Of a stretch of DNA of 62,000 nt, positions 13,056 through 26,303 are shown piece after piece. The position numbers and the translations under genes are program-made. Numbering within the stretch: position 1 is the first letter of the stretch; the number at the start of each line of letters is the position of its first letter. The stretch is from Malacoraja senta (Eukaryota), in the NCBI GenBank assembly GCA_038087875.1, contig JAXLNO010000571.1, positions 62,001-124,000 on the forward strand, written 5' to 3'. Below the pieces are notes generated by a model. That model saw nothing but the letters and a program-made list of their open reading frames with translations. It ran no database searches and was not told where the DNA came from.

Positions 13056-14180
13056 TGTGTTTTTGAACAATCGGGCTGGTAACAGATTAACTGAGTTATA
13101 TTGTAACTATTAGATCCCCCCGTATCTATTCCCCTCATCATAGGTTAGTCAAACATGATTTCATAACTTCATGTTGAATCTGCTCACTGCTACTTTTTTT
13201 ATCAAATGTATTACATCTTTCACTGTGGACTCCAGCAGCCTTCCCCCTCTGACATTAGGCTAACTGGTGTACTGATCCCTAGTTTCTCTGGTCCTCCACT
13301 TTTCAATAGTGGATCTCTTTAGTTACCCTCCAATCCAAAAAAGCAATTCCAGAATATATAGAATACAGGTAGATAGTAACCGGATTGTTCATTAACACTA
13401 TAGCCACTCTTTCTGGATGTGAATCGTTATATCTTTGGGATTTATCAGCTTTTAACCTCACCAACAGTTTGAGCACTCATCAGAATGTTCTGTGGCAGAA
13501 GTACACACAATTCAGTGCAAGCTTACTTTACCCCAAGTCTTGGCACATTAGATAGGGGTTCGTGGCTCATTTCTTTGTATGGAAGAGTAATTGGGATGAG
13601 CCTAATTCCAGTTGCCACACTTATTACTACAGATGCCGATCACAACGTTCAATACTGTGGAAAGGCAGCGAGTGGGTCTTTAATTAGTGCAGAATTGATC
13701 AATGAATTGCAAATCTCTTGGAATATTTCTGTGGATGCCCATTATTAACGACATTGGCACCTTATTAATGACACTGGCAGCTCACCAGTCATTTTAATTC
13801 AACCTTAGATATAAGGGTGATTTGAAAATTGCCATTCCAGCAGAAAGCGAGGAGGAGGGTTTGTGTTGGCAGGCCTCTAGAGATATCATTGCATGATACT
13901 CTGTTAAAAATTGCATGAGAGTAGCAGTATAAGTTGCAGGATGATATTCCCTTTCATAAAACGTGCAGCTATTTTTCAGCCACGTGCCTGTCCTCTTTAG
14001 ATAACTCAGGAGCTCACCTTGTAATATAATCACAAGTGAAAAACTATTATGCACAGCATAGCATCAAGAAATTACAACACCTTATCTCTACTGGAGAATA
14101 TTATGACATCTTTTCAAATTTACAGTCACATTTGATAAGGTCACATCAACACAGATGCAACTGGATTAAAATCAATATAT

Positions 14181-14489
14181 GTTTTAGTTTTGTTTAGAGA
14201 TACGATGCGGAAACAGGCTCTTCGGCCCACCAAGACAGCGCTAAAAAGTGAACGCCACACACTACCACTATCCTACACACCCTAGGGACAATATACAATT
14301 TTACCAAGCCAATTAGCCTACAAACTGGCACATCTTTGGAATGTGGGAGGAGACCGGAACTGCCAGAGAAATCCCATGCAGGTCATGGGGAGAATGTACA
14401 AACTCCGTACAGACAGCACCCATAGTCAGGATCGAACCTGAGTCTCGGGTGCTGTAACGCAGCAACTACTGCTGTGACACTGTCCCCGC
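14181..14489 (-). mobile_element. HE1-like SINE
   Basis: Same tail, core and head as the other copies. Confidence 0.85.
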
Positions 14490-15387
14490 CATTTTGTTTG
14501 ATAAAGTGCAATTGTTATGTTATTAATGTAAGTCACTATTAACATATTCTCTGATAATGTTTGGCATATTAAATGTAAATGTGCATATTCACATTTATAG
14601 CACCGTTTCCTTGGGCTACTGGGAATAGTATCATAAATAATCATTTGTTCAATCACCATCTTGTTCATGTAATAAAGGGCAGAGAAGTCACTTGAGCATT
14701 ATTAGAAACTTTAATCATTTATAGCTCACGTTTTATGGTTCTCTGTTAATGCGACAGCTAACATTTAGCTTCTGTAGATCTGTGAAATGTAATCAGAGAC
14801 TATTTTTTTCCTCTCTTGAATTAAACCAAATTCAATCCTCCTTCTGCCCCACCCCCTCATTGTTACCGACTTAAACAGATGCAGCTTGCTCCACGGAGAA
14901 AGTGCCGCAACATCACAAGATACTGTAAACGTTAACCATTCCAAAGGTATCTGGCGAGTGTAAAATCCAATTTCACTGTAGCCTTACATTTATCGGGTCT
15001 TCTGAGACCAGATACAAGACTGCCAACTCATCAGGCTAAGAAACTAGTCTTATGATTACAGCTATACTTTAATGCATTAGATCTTTTTATGCACATAATA
15101 TATTGAATCAGAGCATTCAAATAGGAATTGTATAGACACTTGAAGAAAATTGATTTCCAGGGCTAAATGGAAAAAAAAACAGGGAATGGGACTGGCATCC
15201 TCTTGAAAGGTCGAATGGTCACCTTTTGTTCTGACACAGTTCCTTGACACAAAACTGATGTAAATCTCCAAATTTGGAAAAGTAGTAGCTCAAAGGATGC
15301 CCCTCATACAATCATGTATGTATATATGTATATATGTCATACCTATCATGTATATATGTACTTGTGCTGGGATAGAGTAAATCATTA

Positions 15388-15648
15388 GGGGCGGCACAGT
15401 GCCAGAGACCCGGGTTCGATCCTGACTACTGGGTGCTGCCTGTATGGAGTTTGTACGTTCTCCCTGTAACCATGTGGGTTTTCTCTGGGTGCTCCAGTTT
15501 CCTCCCATACTGCAAAGACTTACAGGTTTGTAGGTTAATTGACTTCTGTAAAATTGTACATTCTCCGTAGTGTGTAGGATAGTGCTAGTACACGGGGTGA
15601 TTGCAGGACTCGGGTGGCCGAAGGGCCTGTTTCCACATTGTATCTAAA
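15388..15648 (+). mobile_element. HE1-like SINE (deletion in tRNA head)
   Basis: GGGCGGCACAGTG start, B-box GGTTCGATCC at 15413-15422, conserved core. Confidence 0.85.
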
Positions 15649-15909
15649 TTCTGAAGTGAAGAAACCATGGTGAGCTGCTGCACTTTAGTATCATTAGTGA
15701 ACAACCTGAAATCCCACTCTACTCACAACCCATCCTATATGACTACTGCCTATGTCAGCTCTGCATTAGACAGCTTGTGGTCTACATCTTTCTCAGCTCC
15801 CCAACGGAAATTAATCCTTCCACCGTCGTTGAAAATTCTGCACTCTTCATCATTTTTTTTATTGTACGGCTGCAATCATTGAATATATAAATGCTTAAAT
15901 AGGTGTGTT

Positions 15910-17020
15910 TAAGTTCATTTATTGGGATCTGGGGATTGTTTGCAAGGCAAGCATTTACAGCTCTTCCCCGATTTCTCTTGATACAACTCAGTGAGTTGTC
16001 CTCTTGAATGCTGCAGTCCTTCTGGTGAAGGTTCAGCCACAATGCTCTTGGGTAGAGAGTTCCAGGATAGCAGTAATAATGAAGAAATGGCAATATATTT
16101 CAAAGTCAGGATGATATGCGATTTGGAGGAGAATCCGCTGATTTTGGTGTTAATAAATGCTTGCTGTGCTCATTCTTCCAGATAATGTAGATTGCAAGTA
16201 CAGAAAGCGCTGTCAGAGGAACCTGGGCTGCTAACTGCAAGATACACAATGCAGCCATTATGCAATGATGGAGGTAAGTAGGAATATTTAGGGCGGCATT
16301 TATTTTGTTCTGGTGTTGACCTCTTGAGTTGTGCTGGAACTACACTCATCCATGCAAATGGAGAGAATTCCATCAAAATCCTGACTTGGACCCAATGGAA
16401 GATGGAAAGGCTTTGGGATGATAGGAGGTGAGCCATATGTCACAGGGTCCCCTCTGATATGCTCTTGTAGGTGCAGTGTTTGATGTGGTTGGTCTAGTTC
16501 AGTTTCAGGTCAATAGGCACCCCCCCAGGATGTTGATAACATACAACACAGCAGAGGAACCATAATGCCCAACCTGACACCAAGTTAAACTAATCTCCTC
16601 TGCCTGAAGGTAATCCATATCCCTCCATTCCCTTCATGTCTAAGTATCCATCTAAAAGCCTCGTATATATCGGTATTGTATCTGCTTCCACCTCCGCTCC
16701 TGGCAACACATTCCAGGAACTCACCACTCTCTGTGTAAAAAATATCCAGATCTCCTTTAAATTTCCCCCCTCTGGCATCTAGGCTATGTCCTCTAGTCTG
16801 TGACATTTGATGGCAGGGGACGTTTGCTTGCAATGTAATTGAATGTCAAGAGTAGGAGATCTGACTCTCTCTTGTGAGAGACTTTTGTTGCAAGAGCATC
16901 ACTTGCCACTTCTCAGCTCATATCTGAATGTTATCTAGATCTGAATGTAGCCATATTTGGTGAGGTGGTGCACATGGAAATGTAACATTATACTATCAGT
17001 AAACATCCTACTTTTGACCT
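15910..17020 (-). mobile_element. Old LINE fragment with a nested CR1 3' fragment (~16540-16810)
   Basis: The nested part encodes FFTQRVVSSWNVLP. The outer part is degenerate LINE-like sequence. Confidence 0.5.
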
Positions 17021-18244
17021 TAGATGGATAGAAACTTAAACTTTTATTGTATTGACAGTTACGGATACCACTGTGGACTAAAATTTATTTTAATTTAGAA
17101 CAAATAACAGAATTTTAAAAAGAACTGTGTATCAGTTTGTGAATGACCGCATGTGATGAATCAACTCCTGTTATCAATACACTTCCCTTCTAAACAACAA
17201 ACTAAATCAATGGAAGATGAGGGAGTTGTCAGCATAGAACAGTGATCTTGAAGATTCTAGCCATCTTTCCAGCTTCCATGAGCCATGACCCAAGTATCTT
17301 CATAGTTTAAAATGACAAACAATAACAGAAGCTGTTATCATAGAAATGGAATGATTGAATTATGTGCAATATTTCCATCCAAATTGTTTTAATAACTGCC
17401 TAAATATAAAGAAATCCTTCTTCAATGTTTCTGGACCGTGAATAAGTTACACTGACTTTTGAGTAAATCAGGCGAGCCAGTCAGACCATACAACAGCAGA
17501 GTTATTGTGAGAGAAGTGAACCATTCAACACTTCAGCTTGTTCCAACATTCACTTTACCCACTTGTCCATATCCTTTGATACCATTAACAAAATCTATCA
17601 ATTACATTATTGAAAATAATTATTAGTCCAACATCCAGAATCAATTTCAGTTGAAATGGCTTTCGTATTTCCATTGTTCTTTGTGTAGGAACAGCCTAGT
17701 TTTAAGATTACACCCTGTTGCTCTGTATAATCCCCCATGGGTTTATCTGTACCTGCCCATTGAATTCCACACTCAATTGCAATATCATGATTATATCAAC
17801 TTTCTAAATTGATCAGAATAAAGGAGGCATGCACGCCACCTGCACGTCCAATTAACCCCTTTAAACCCTAGAATCGTTCTGTTGACTCTGCATTGTACAC
17901 TCGAGGCCAACATATTTAAGGAAACTCATCTTAGTATTCCAAGTGCAGTTTAAACAAGGTTCTGTACATTTGATTTATTGCTTCTTCCTTTTGGAGTCCT
18001 AACCCAGTAGATATAGGAGCTGAACTTCAATTGGATTTCATGTTCTTTTGTAACTACAGATGACTTTAAGTGTTTGTGTACATGAAGCCAAACTCCTTTT
18101 GCTCATTCATCTTGTCTTTGACTTGTTGAGAAAATATTTCATATCAGCTTTCTTCAGTTCAAATGTCCAAATTCTGAGTCAGAATGAAACTGTCTAACAT
18201 TAAAGAGGATTGAGATGAGCTAATCTTGCCCATGCCTCTTGCCT

Positions 18245-18314
18245 GATGTCAGTATGTAAGGCTTCCTAATTGCATTTACGATGTCAGTATGTAAGGCTTC
18301 CTAATTGCATTTAC
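18245..18314 (+). repeat. 35-bp perfect tandem duplication (present in all three units)
   Basis: GATGTCAGTATGTAAGGCTTCCTAATTGCATTTAC x2. Confidence 0.95.
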
Positions 18315-19199
18315 ATGAATTGATTTGTCAACAATCACACTGTATAAACTACAAATGAAAATATAAGCTCAATTATTTTAAATCTGCAGTACACTTTGTG
18401 CTTATGATTCAATGTCAATTCCAAAATATTTTATTTTGTATTCATTCACAGTATGTGAAGTGCACTGAGAAAAAACAACAATTTAAGTCCATCCCTATGA
18501 AGACACTAAAATAGGTGGTATTGTGATCAGTGAAGATGGCTATCAGGAATTACAATGGAATCTGGAAGGACTGAGCAAATGGGTCAATGAATGACCAATG
18601 GAGTCAAATTCAGGTAAGTGTGAGGTCTTGGAGTTCAACCCAGGCTAGGACCTTCACAGTGAACAGCAGGGTCCTGGGGAGTGTTGTAGCACAGAGAGAT
18701 CTAGGAATACAAGTAGACATCTTCCTGAAAGTTGCATCGCAAGTAGATAGGATGGTGAAGTAGGCTTTTGACACACTGGCCTTCATTAGTCAGGAAACTG
18801 AGTATAGAAGTTAGGACATTCTATTACAATTATACAAGACATTGATGAGACCGCATTTGGAGTATTGTGTGTGCCATGCTATAGGAAAGATGCCATTTAG
18901 CTGGGAAAAAATGCAGAGAAGATTTACAAGGATGTTGCCAGCACTCGAGGGCCTGAGTTACAGGAAAGCATTTTATAACATTTAAAAGATATTTGGATAT
19001 GTACATTGATAGGAAAGGTTTAGAGGGATATGCACCAAACACAGGCAAATAGAACTAGTTTAGATGGGCATCTTGGTCAGCATGGACGAGTTGGGCCATA
19101 GGTTCTATTGCCGTACTGTATTACTCTAAGACTGAATTGCTTCCTGAGGGCAATTAAGATTCAGTGACATTGGTAAATCTGTATTTACTTATAGACCAG

Positions 19200-21745
19200 A
19201 TTCTGTAAGGAATGCAGAAATAGATTCTTAGATCACTGGGATCTGTTTTGGGGTAAGGGGGAACTGTACAAAAGGGACGGATTTTATCTTAACAGCTGTG
19301 GGACCAGCATTCTGGCAGGCAGGTTTGCCACTGCTACACGGGTGGTTTTAAACTGAATAAGGGGGGTGGGGTGTCGAATGGGATAGTGGAGGATGGAGTT
19401 AAAGGGAAAGGGTTTCTTAAATGTGTGAGCGTAGAGACAGAGGGGTGTAAAATGAGGGTAGAAGCAATAGGTAGCAAGGTGAAAAGTAAAAGTGGCAGGC
19501 AGACAAAACCAGGGCAAAAATCAAAAAGGGCCACTTTTCAACATAATTGTATAAGGGGTAAGAGTGTTGTAAAAACAAGCCTGAAGGCTTTGTGTCTCAA
19601 TGCAAGGAGCATTCGTAATAAGGTGGATGAGTTGAATGTGCAGATAGCTAGTAATGACTATGATATAGTTGGGATCACGGAGACATGGCTCCAGGGTGAC
19701 CAAGGCTGGGAGCTGAACATCCAGGGATATTCAATATTCAGGAGGGATAGAGAGAAAGGAAAAGGAGGTGGGGTAGCGTCGCTGATTAGAGAGGAGATTA
19801 ACGCAATGGAAAGGAAGGACATTAGTTTCGAGGATGTGGAATCGGTATGGGTAGAGCTGCGAAACACTAAGGGGCAGAAAACGCTGGTGGGTGTTGTGTA
19901 CAGGCCACCTAACAGTAGTAGTGAAGTTGGAGATGGTATCAAACAGGAAATTAGAAATGCGTGCGACAAAGGCAAAACAGTTATAATGGGTGACTTAAAT
20001 CTACATATAGACTGGGTGAATCAAATTGGCAGGGGTGCTGAGGAAGAGGATTTCTTGGAATGTATGCGGGATAGTTATCTAAATCAACATGTAGAGGAAC
20101 CAAAGAGAGACCAGGCTATTTTAGACTGGGTATTGAGTAATGAGGAAGGGTTAGTTAGCAGTCTTGTTGTACGTGCCCCCTTGGGCAAGAGTGACGTTGT
20201 TAATTCAGAAACAATGGTTCTGAACTTAAAGAAAGGTAACTTTGAGGGTATGAGACGTGAATTGGCCAAGATTGACTGGCAATTAATTCTAAAAGGGTTG
20301 ACGGTGGATATGCAATGGAAGACGTTTAAAGACTGCATGGATGAAGTACAAAAATTGTTCATCCCAGTTTGGCAAAAGAATAAATCAGGGAAGGTAGTGC
20401 ATCCGTGGATAACAAGGGAAATCAGGGATGGTATCAAAGCGAAGGATGATGCGTACAAATTAGCCAGAAAAAGCAGCATACCGGAGGACTGGGAGAAATT
20501 CAGAGACCAGCAGAGGAGGACAAAGGGCTTAATTAGGAAAGGAAAAATAGATTATGAAAGAAAACTGGCAGGGAACATAAAAACTGACTGCAAAAGTTTT
20601 TATAGATATGTGAAGAGAAAGAGATTAGTTAAAACAAATGTAGGTCCCTTGCAGTCAGAAACAGGTGAGTTGATCATGGGGAACAAGGATATGGCGGACC
20701 AATTGAATAACTACTTTGGTCCCGTCTTCACTAAGGAAGACATAAATAATCTGCCGGAAATAGCAGGGGACCGCGGGTCAAAGGAGTTGGAGGAATTGAG
20801 TGAAATCCAGGTTAGTCGGGAAGTGGTGTTGGGTAAATTGAATGGATTAAAGGCCGATAAATCCCCAGGGCCAGATAGGCTGCATCCCAGAGTACTTAAG
20901 GAAGTAGCTCCAGAAATAGTGGATGCATTAGTAATAATCTTTCAAAACTCTTTAGATTCTGGAGTAGTTCCTGAGGATTGGCGGGTAGCAAACGTAACCC
21001 CACTTTTTAAGAAGGGAGGGAGAGAAAACAGGGAATTACAGACCAGTTAGTCTAACATCGGTAGTGGGGAAACTGCTAGAGTCAGTTATTAAAGATGGGA
21101 TAGCAGCACATTTGGAAAGTGGTGAAATCATTGGACAAAGTCAGCATGGATTTACGAAAGGTAAATCATGTCTGATGAATCTTATAGAACTTTTGAGGAT
21201 GTAACTAGTAGCGTGGATTGGGGAGAACCAGTGGATGTGGTGTATCTGGACTTCCAGAAGGCTTTCGACAAGGTCCCACATAAGAGATTAGTATACAAAC
21301 TTAAAGCACATGGCATTGGGGGTTCAGTATTGATGTGGATAGAGAACTGGCTGGCAAACAGGAAGCAAAGAGTAGGAGTAAACGGGTCCTTTTCACAATG
21401 GCAGGCAGTGACTATTGGGGTACCGCAAGGCTCAGTGCTGGGACCCCAGCTATTTACAATATATATTAATGATTTGGACGAGGGAATTGAATGCAACATC
21501 TCCAAGTTTGCGAAGCTGGGGGGCAGTGTTAGCTGTGAGGAGGATGCTAGGAGGCTGCAAGGTGACTTGGATAGGCTGGGTGAGTGGGCAAATGCATGGT
21601 AGATGCAGTATAATGTGGATAAATGTGAGGTTATCCACTTTGGTGGCAAAAACAGGAAAGTAAACTATTATCTGAATGGTGGCCGATTAGGAAAAGGGGA
21701 GATGCAACGAGACCTGGGTGTCATGGTACACCAGTCATTGAAAGT
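19200..21745 (+). mobile_element. CR1 (HER1-like) LINE, copy 1: 5'- and 3'-truncated, ORF1 esterase end + ORF2 APE/RT pseudogene
   Basis: ORF1 end ...DHWDLFWGKGELYKRDG.. stop. ORF2 motifs [32 protein letters not shown]. Frameshifts present and FADD deleted. Confidence 0.95.
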
Positions 21746-22751
21746 CTAACATTAAAGAGGATTGAGATGAGCTAATCTTGCCCATGCCTCTTGCCTGATG
21801 TCAGTATGTAAGGCTTCCTAATTGCATTTACGATGTCAGTATGTAAGGCTTCCTAATTGCATTTACATGAATTGATTTGTCAACAATCACACTGTATAAA
21901 CTACAAATGAAAATATAAGCTCAATTATTTTAAATCTGCAGTACACTTTGTGCTTATGATTCAATGTCAATTCCAAAATATTTTATTTTGTATTCATTCA
22001 CAGTATGTGAAGTGCACTGAGAAAAAACAACAATTTAAGTCCATCCCTATGAAGACACTAAAATAGGTGGTATTGTGATCAGTGAAGATGGCTATCAGGA
22101 ATTACAATGGAATCTGGAAGGACTGAGCAAATGGGTCAATGAATGACCAATGGAGTCAAATTCAGGTAAGTGTGAGGTCTTGGAGTTCAACCCAGGCTAG
22201 GACCTTCACAGTGAACAGCAGGGTCCTGGGGAGTGTTGTAGCACAGAGAGATCTAGGAATACAAGTAGACATCTTCCTGAAAGTTGCATCGCAAGTAGAT
22301 AGGATGGTGAAGTAGGCTTTTGACACACTGGCCTTCATTAGTCAGGAAACTGAGTATAGAAGTTAGGACATTCTATTACAATTATACAAGACATTGATGA
22401 GACCGCATTTGGAGTATTGTGTGTGCCATGCTATAGGAAAGATGCCATTTAGCTGGGAAAAAATGCAGAGAAGATTTACAAGGATGTTGCCAGCACTCGA
22501 GGGCCTGAGTTACAGGAAAGCATTTTATAACATTTAAAAGATATTTGGATATGTACATTGATAGGAAAGGTTTAGAGGGATATGCACCAAACACAGGCAA
22601 ATAGAACTAGTTTAGATGGGCATCTTGGTCAGCATGGACGAGTTGGGCCATAGGTTCTATTGCCGTACTGTATTACTCTAAGACTGAATTGCTTCCTGAG
22701 GGCAATTAAGATTCAGTGACATTGGTAAATCTGTATTTACTTATAGACCAG

Positions 22752-25297
22752 ATTCTGTAAGGAATGCAGAAATAGATTCTTAGATCACTGGGATCTGTTT
22801 TGGGGTAAGGGGGAACTGTACAAAAGGGACGGATTGTATCTTAACAGCTGTGGGACCAGCATTCTGGCAGGCAGGTTTGCCACTGCTACACGGGTGGTTT
22901 TAAACTGAATAAGGGGGGTGGGGTGTCGAATGGGATAGTGGAGGATGGAGTTAAAGGGAAAGGGTTTCTTAAATGTGTGAGCGTAGAGACAGAGGGGTGT
23001 AAAATAAGGGTAGAAGCAATAGGTAGCAAGGTGAAAAGTAAAAGTGGCAGGCAGACAAAACCAGGGCAAAAATCAAAAAGGACCACTTTTCAACATAATT
23101 GTATAAGGGGTAAGAGTGTTGTAAAAACAAGCCTGAAGGCTTTGTGTCTCAATGCAAGGAGCATTCGTAATAAGGTGGATGAGTTGAATGTGCAGATAGC
23201 TAGTAATGACTATGATATAGTTGGGATCACGGAGACATGGCTCCAGGGTGACCAAGGCTGGGAGCTGAACATCCAGGGATATTCAATATTCAGGAGGGAT
23301 AGAGAGAAAGGAAAAGGAGGTGGGGTAGCGTTGCTGATTAGAGAGGAGATTAACGCAATGGAAAGGAAGGACATTAGTTTCGAGGATGTGGAATCGGTAT
23401 GGGTAGAGCTGCGAAACACTAAGGGGCAGAAAACGCTGGTGGGTGTTGTGTACAGGCCACCTAACAGTAGTAGTGAAGTTGGAGATGGTATCAAACAGGA
23501 AATTAGAAATGCGTGCGACAAAGGCAAAACAGTTATAATGGGTGACTTCAATCTACATATAGACTGGGTGAATCAAATTGGCAGGGGTGCTGAGGAAGAG
23601 GATTTCTTGGAATGTATGCGGGATAGTTATCTAAATCAACATGTAGAGGAACCAAAGAGAGACCAGGCTATTTTAGACTGGGTATTGAGTAATGAGGAAG
23701 GGTTAGTTAGCAGTCTTGTTGTACGTGCCCCCTTGGGCAAGAGTGACGTTGTTAATTCAGAAACAATGGTTCTGAACTTAAAGAAAGGTAACTTTGAGGG
23801 TATGAGACGTGAATTGGCCAAGATTGACTGGCAATTAATTCTAAAAGGGTTGACGGTGGATATGCAATGGAAGACGTTTAAAGACTGCATGGATGAAGTA
23901 CAAAAATTGTTCATCCCAGTTTGGCAAAAGAATAAATCAGGGAAGGTAGTGCATCCGTGGATAACAAGGGAAATCAGGGATGGTATCAAAGCGAAGGATG
24001 ATGCGTACAAATTAGCCAGAAAAAGCAGCATACCGGAGGACTGGGAGAAATTCAGAGACCAGCAGAGGAGGACAAAGGGCTTAATTAGGAAAGGAAAAAT
24101 AGATTATGAAAGAAAACTGGCAGGGAACATAAAAACTGACTGCAAAAGTTTTTATAGATATGTGAAGAGAAAGAGATTAGTTAAAACAAATGTAGGTCCC
24201 TTGCAGTCAGAAACAGGTGAGTTGATCATGGGGAACAAGGATATGGCGGACCAATTGAATAACTACTTTGGTCCCGTCTTCACTAAGGAAGACATAAATA
24301 ATCTGCCGGAAATAGCAGGGGACCGCGGGTCAAAGGAGTTGGAGGAATTGAGTGAAATCCAGGTTAGTCGGGAAGTGGTGTTGGGTAAATTGAATGGATT
24401 AAAGGCCGATAAATCCCCAGGGCCAGATAGGCTGCATCCCAGAGTACTTAAGGAAGTAGCTCCAGAAATAGTGGATGCATTAGTAATAATCTTTCAAAAC
24501 TCTTTAGATTCTGGAGTAGTTCCTGAGGATTGGCGGGTAGCAAACGTAACCCCACTTTTTAAGAAGGGAGGGAGAGAAAACAGGGAATTACAGACCAGTT
24601 AGTCTAACATCGGTAGTGGGGAAACTGCTAGAGTCAGTTATTAAAGATGGGATAGCAGCACATTTGGAAAGTGGTGAAATCATTGGACAAAGTCAGCATG
24701 GATTTACGAAAGGTAAATCATGTCTGATGAATCTTATAGAACTTTTGAGGATGTAACTAGTAGCGTGGATTGGGGAGAACCAGTGGATGTGGTGTATCTG
24801 GACTTCCAGAAGGCTTTCGACAAGGTCCCACATAAGAGATTAGTATACAAACTTAAAGCACATGGCATTGGGGGTTCAGTATTGATGTGGATAGAGAACT
24901 GGCTGGCAAACAGGAAGCAAAGAGTAGGAGTAAACGGGTCCTTTTCACAATGGCAGGCAGTGACTAGTGGGGTACCGCAAGGCTCAGTGCTGGGACCCCA
25001 GCTATTTACAATATATATTAATGATTTGGACGAGGGAATTGAATGCAACATCTCCAAGTTTGCGAAGCTGGGGGGCAGTGTTAGCTGTGAGGAGGATGCT
25101 AGGAGGCTGCAAGGTGACTTGGATAGGCTGGGTGAGTGGGCAAATGCATGGTAGATGCAGTATAATGTGGATAAATGTGAGGTTATCCACTTTGGTGGCA
25201 AAAACAGGAAAGTAAACTATTATCTGAATGGTGGCCGATTAGGAAAAGGGGAGATGCAACGAGACCTGGGTGTCATGGTACACCAGTCATTGAAAGT
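22752..25297 (+). mobile_element. CR1 LINE, copy 2 (same structure as copy 1)
   Basis: ORFs 22923-24602 and 24720-25154. Confidence 0.95.
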
Positions 25298-26303
25298 CTA
25301 ACATTAAAGAGGATTGAGATGAGCTAATCTTGCCCATGCCTCTTGCCTGATGTCAGTATGTAAGGCTTCCTAATTGCATTTACGATGTCAGTATGTAAGG
25401 CTTCCTAATTGCATTTACATGAATTGATTTGTCAACAATCACACTGTATAAACTACAAATGAAAATATAAGCTCAATTATTTTAAATCTGCAGTACACTT
25501 TGTGCTTATGATTCAATGTCAATTCCAAAATATTTTATTTTGTATTCATTCACAGTATGTGAAGTGCACTGAGAAAAAACAACAATTTAAGTCCATCCCT
25601 ATGAAGACACTAAAATAGGTGGTATTGTGATCAGTGAAGATGGCTATCAGGAATTACAATGGAATCTGGAAGGACTGAGCAAATGGGTCAATGAATGACC
25701 AATGGAGTCAAATTCAGGTAAGTGTGAGGTCTTGGAGTTCAACCCAGGCTAGGACCTTCACAGTGAACAGCAGGGTCCTGGGGAGTGTTGTAGCACAGAG
25801 AGATCTAGGAATACAAGTAGACATCTTCCTGAAAGTTGCATCGCAAGTAGATAGGATGGTGAAGTAGGCTTTTGACACACTGGCCTTCATTAGTCAGGAA
25901 ACTGAGTATAGAAGTTAGGACATTCTATTACAATTATACAAGACATTGATGAGACCGCATTTGGAGTATTGTGTGTGCCATGCTATAGGAAAGATGCCAT
26001 TTAGCTGGGAAAAAATGCAGAGAAGATTTACAAGGATGTTGCCAGCACTCGAGGGCCTGAGTTACAGGAAAGCATTTTATAACATTTAAAAGATATTTGG
26101 ATATGTACATTGATAGGAAAGGTTTAGAGGGATATGCACCAAACACAGGCAAATAGAACTAGTTTAGATGGGCATCTTGGTCAGCATGGACGAGTTGGGC
26201 CATAGGTTCTATTGCCGTACTGTATTACTCTAAGACTGAATTGCTTCCTGAGGGCAATTAAGATTCAGTGACATTGGTAAATCTGTATTTACTTATAGAC
26301 CAG

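Larger units (their letters stand above)
11039..13103. mobile_element. Putative degenerate Tigger/pogo-type MITE hosting the Penelope element
   Basis: TA on both sides (11037-38, 13104-05). Weak TIRs: CTGTCAAACTCCAACAATCTG versus reverse complement CAATATAACTCAGTTAATCTG. The host CR1 appears to resume on either side. Confidence 0.4.
9690..13450 (-). mobile_element. Old CR1 LINE remnant, interrupted by a SINE, a Tigger-like MITE and a Penelope element
   Basis: Degenerate CR1 ORF2 segments at ~9690-10420, 10705-11038 and 13106-13450 are colinear once the inserts are removed. Confidence 0.55.

Noticed and set aside
15388..15430. tRNA genes at A/B-box motifs
   Set aside because: These are tRNA-derived SINE heads that continue into the SINE core, not cloverleaf tRNAs.
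19658..21649. Antisense ORFs over CR1 copies (and similar ones over PLE, Rex1 and Gypsy)
   Set aside because: Shadow ORFs of transposon coding strands with no independent motifs.
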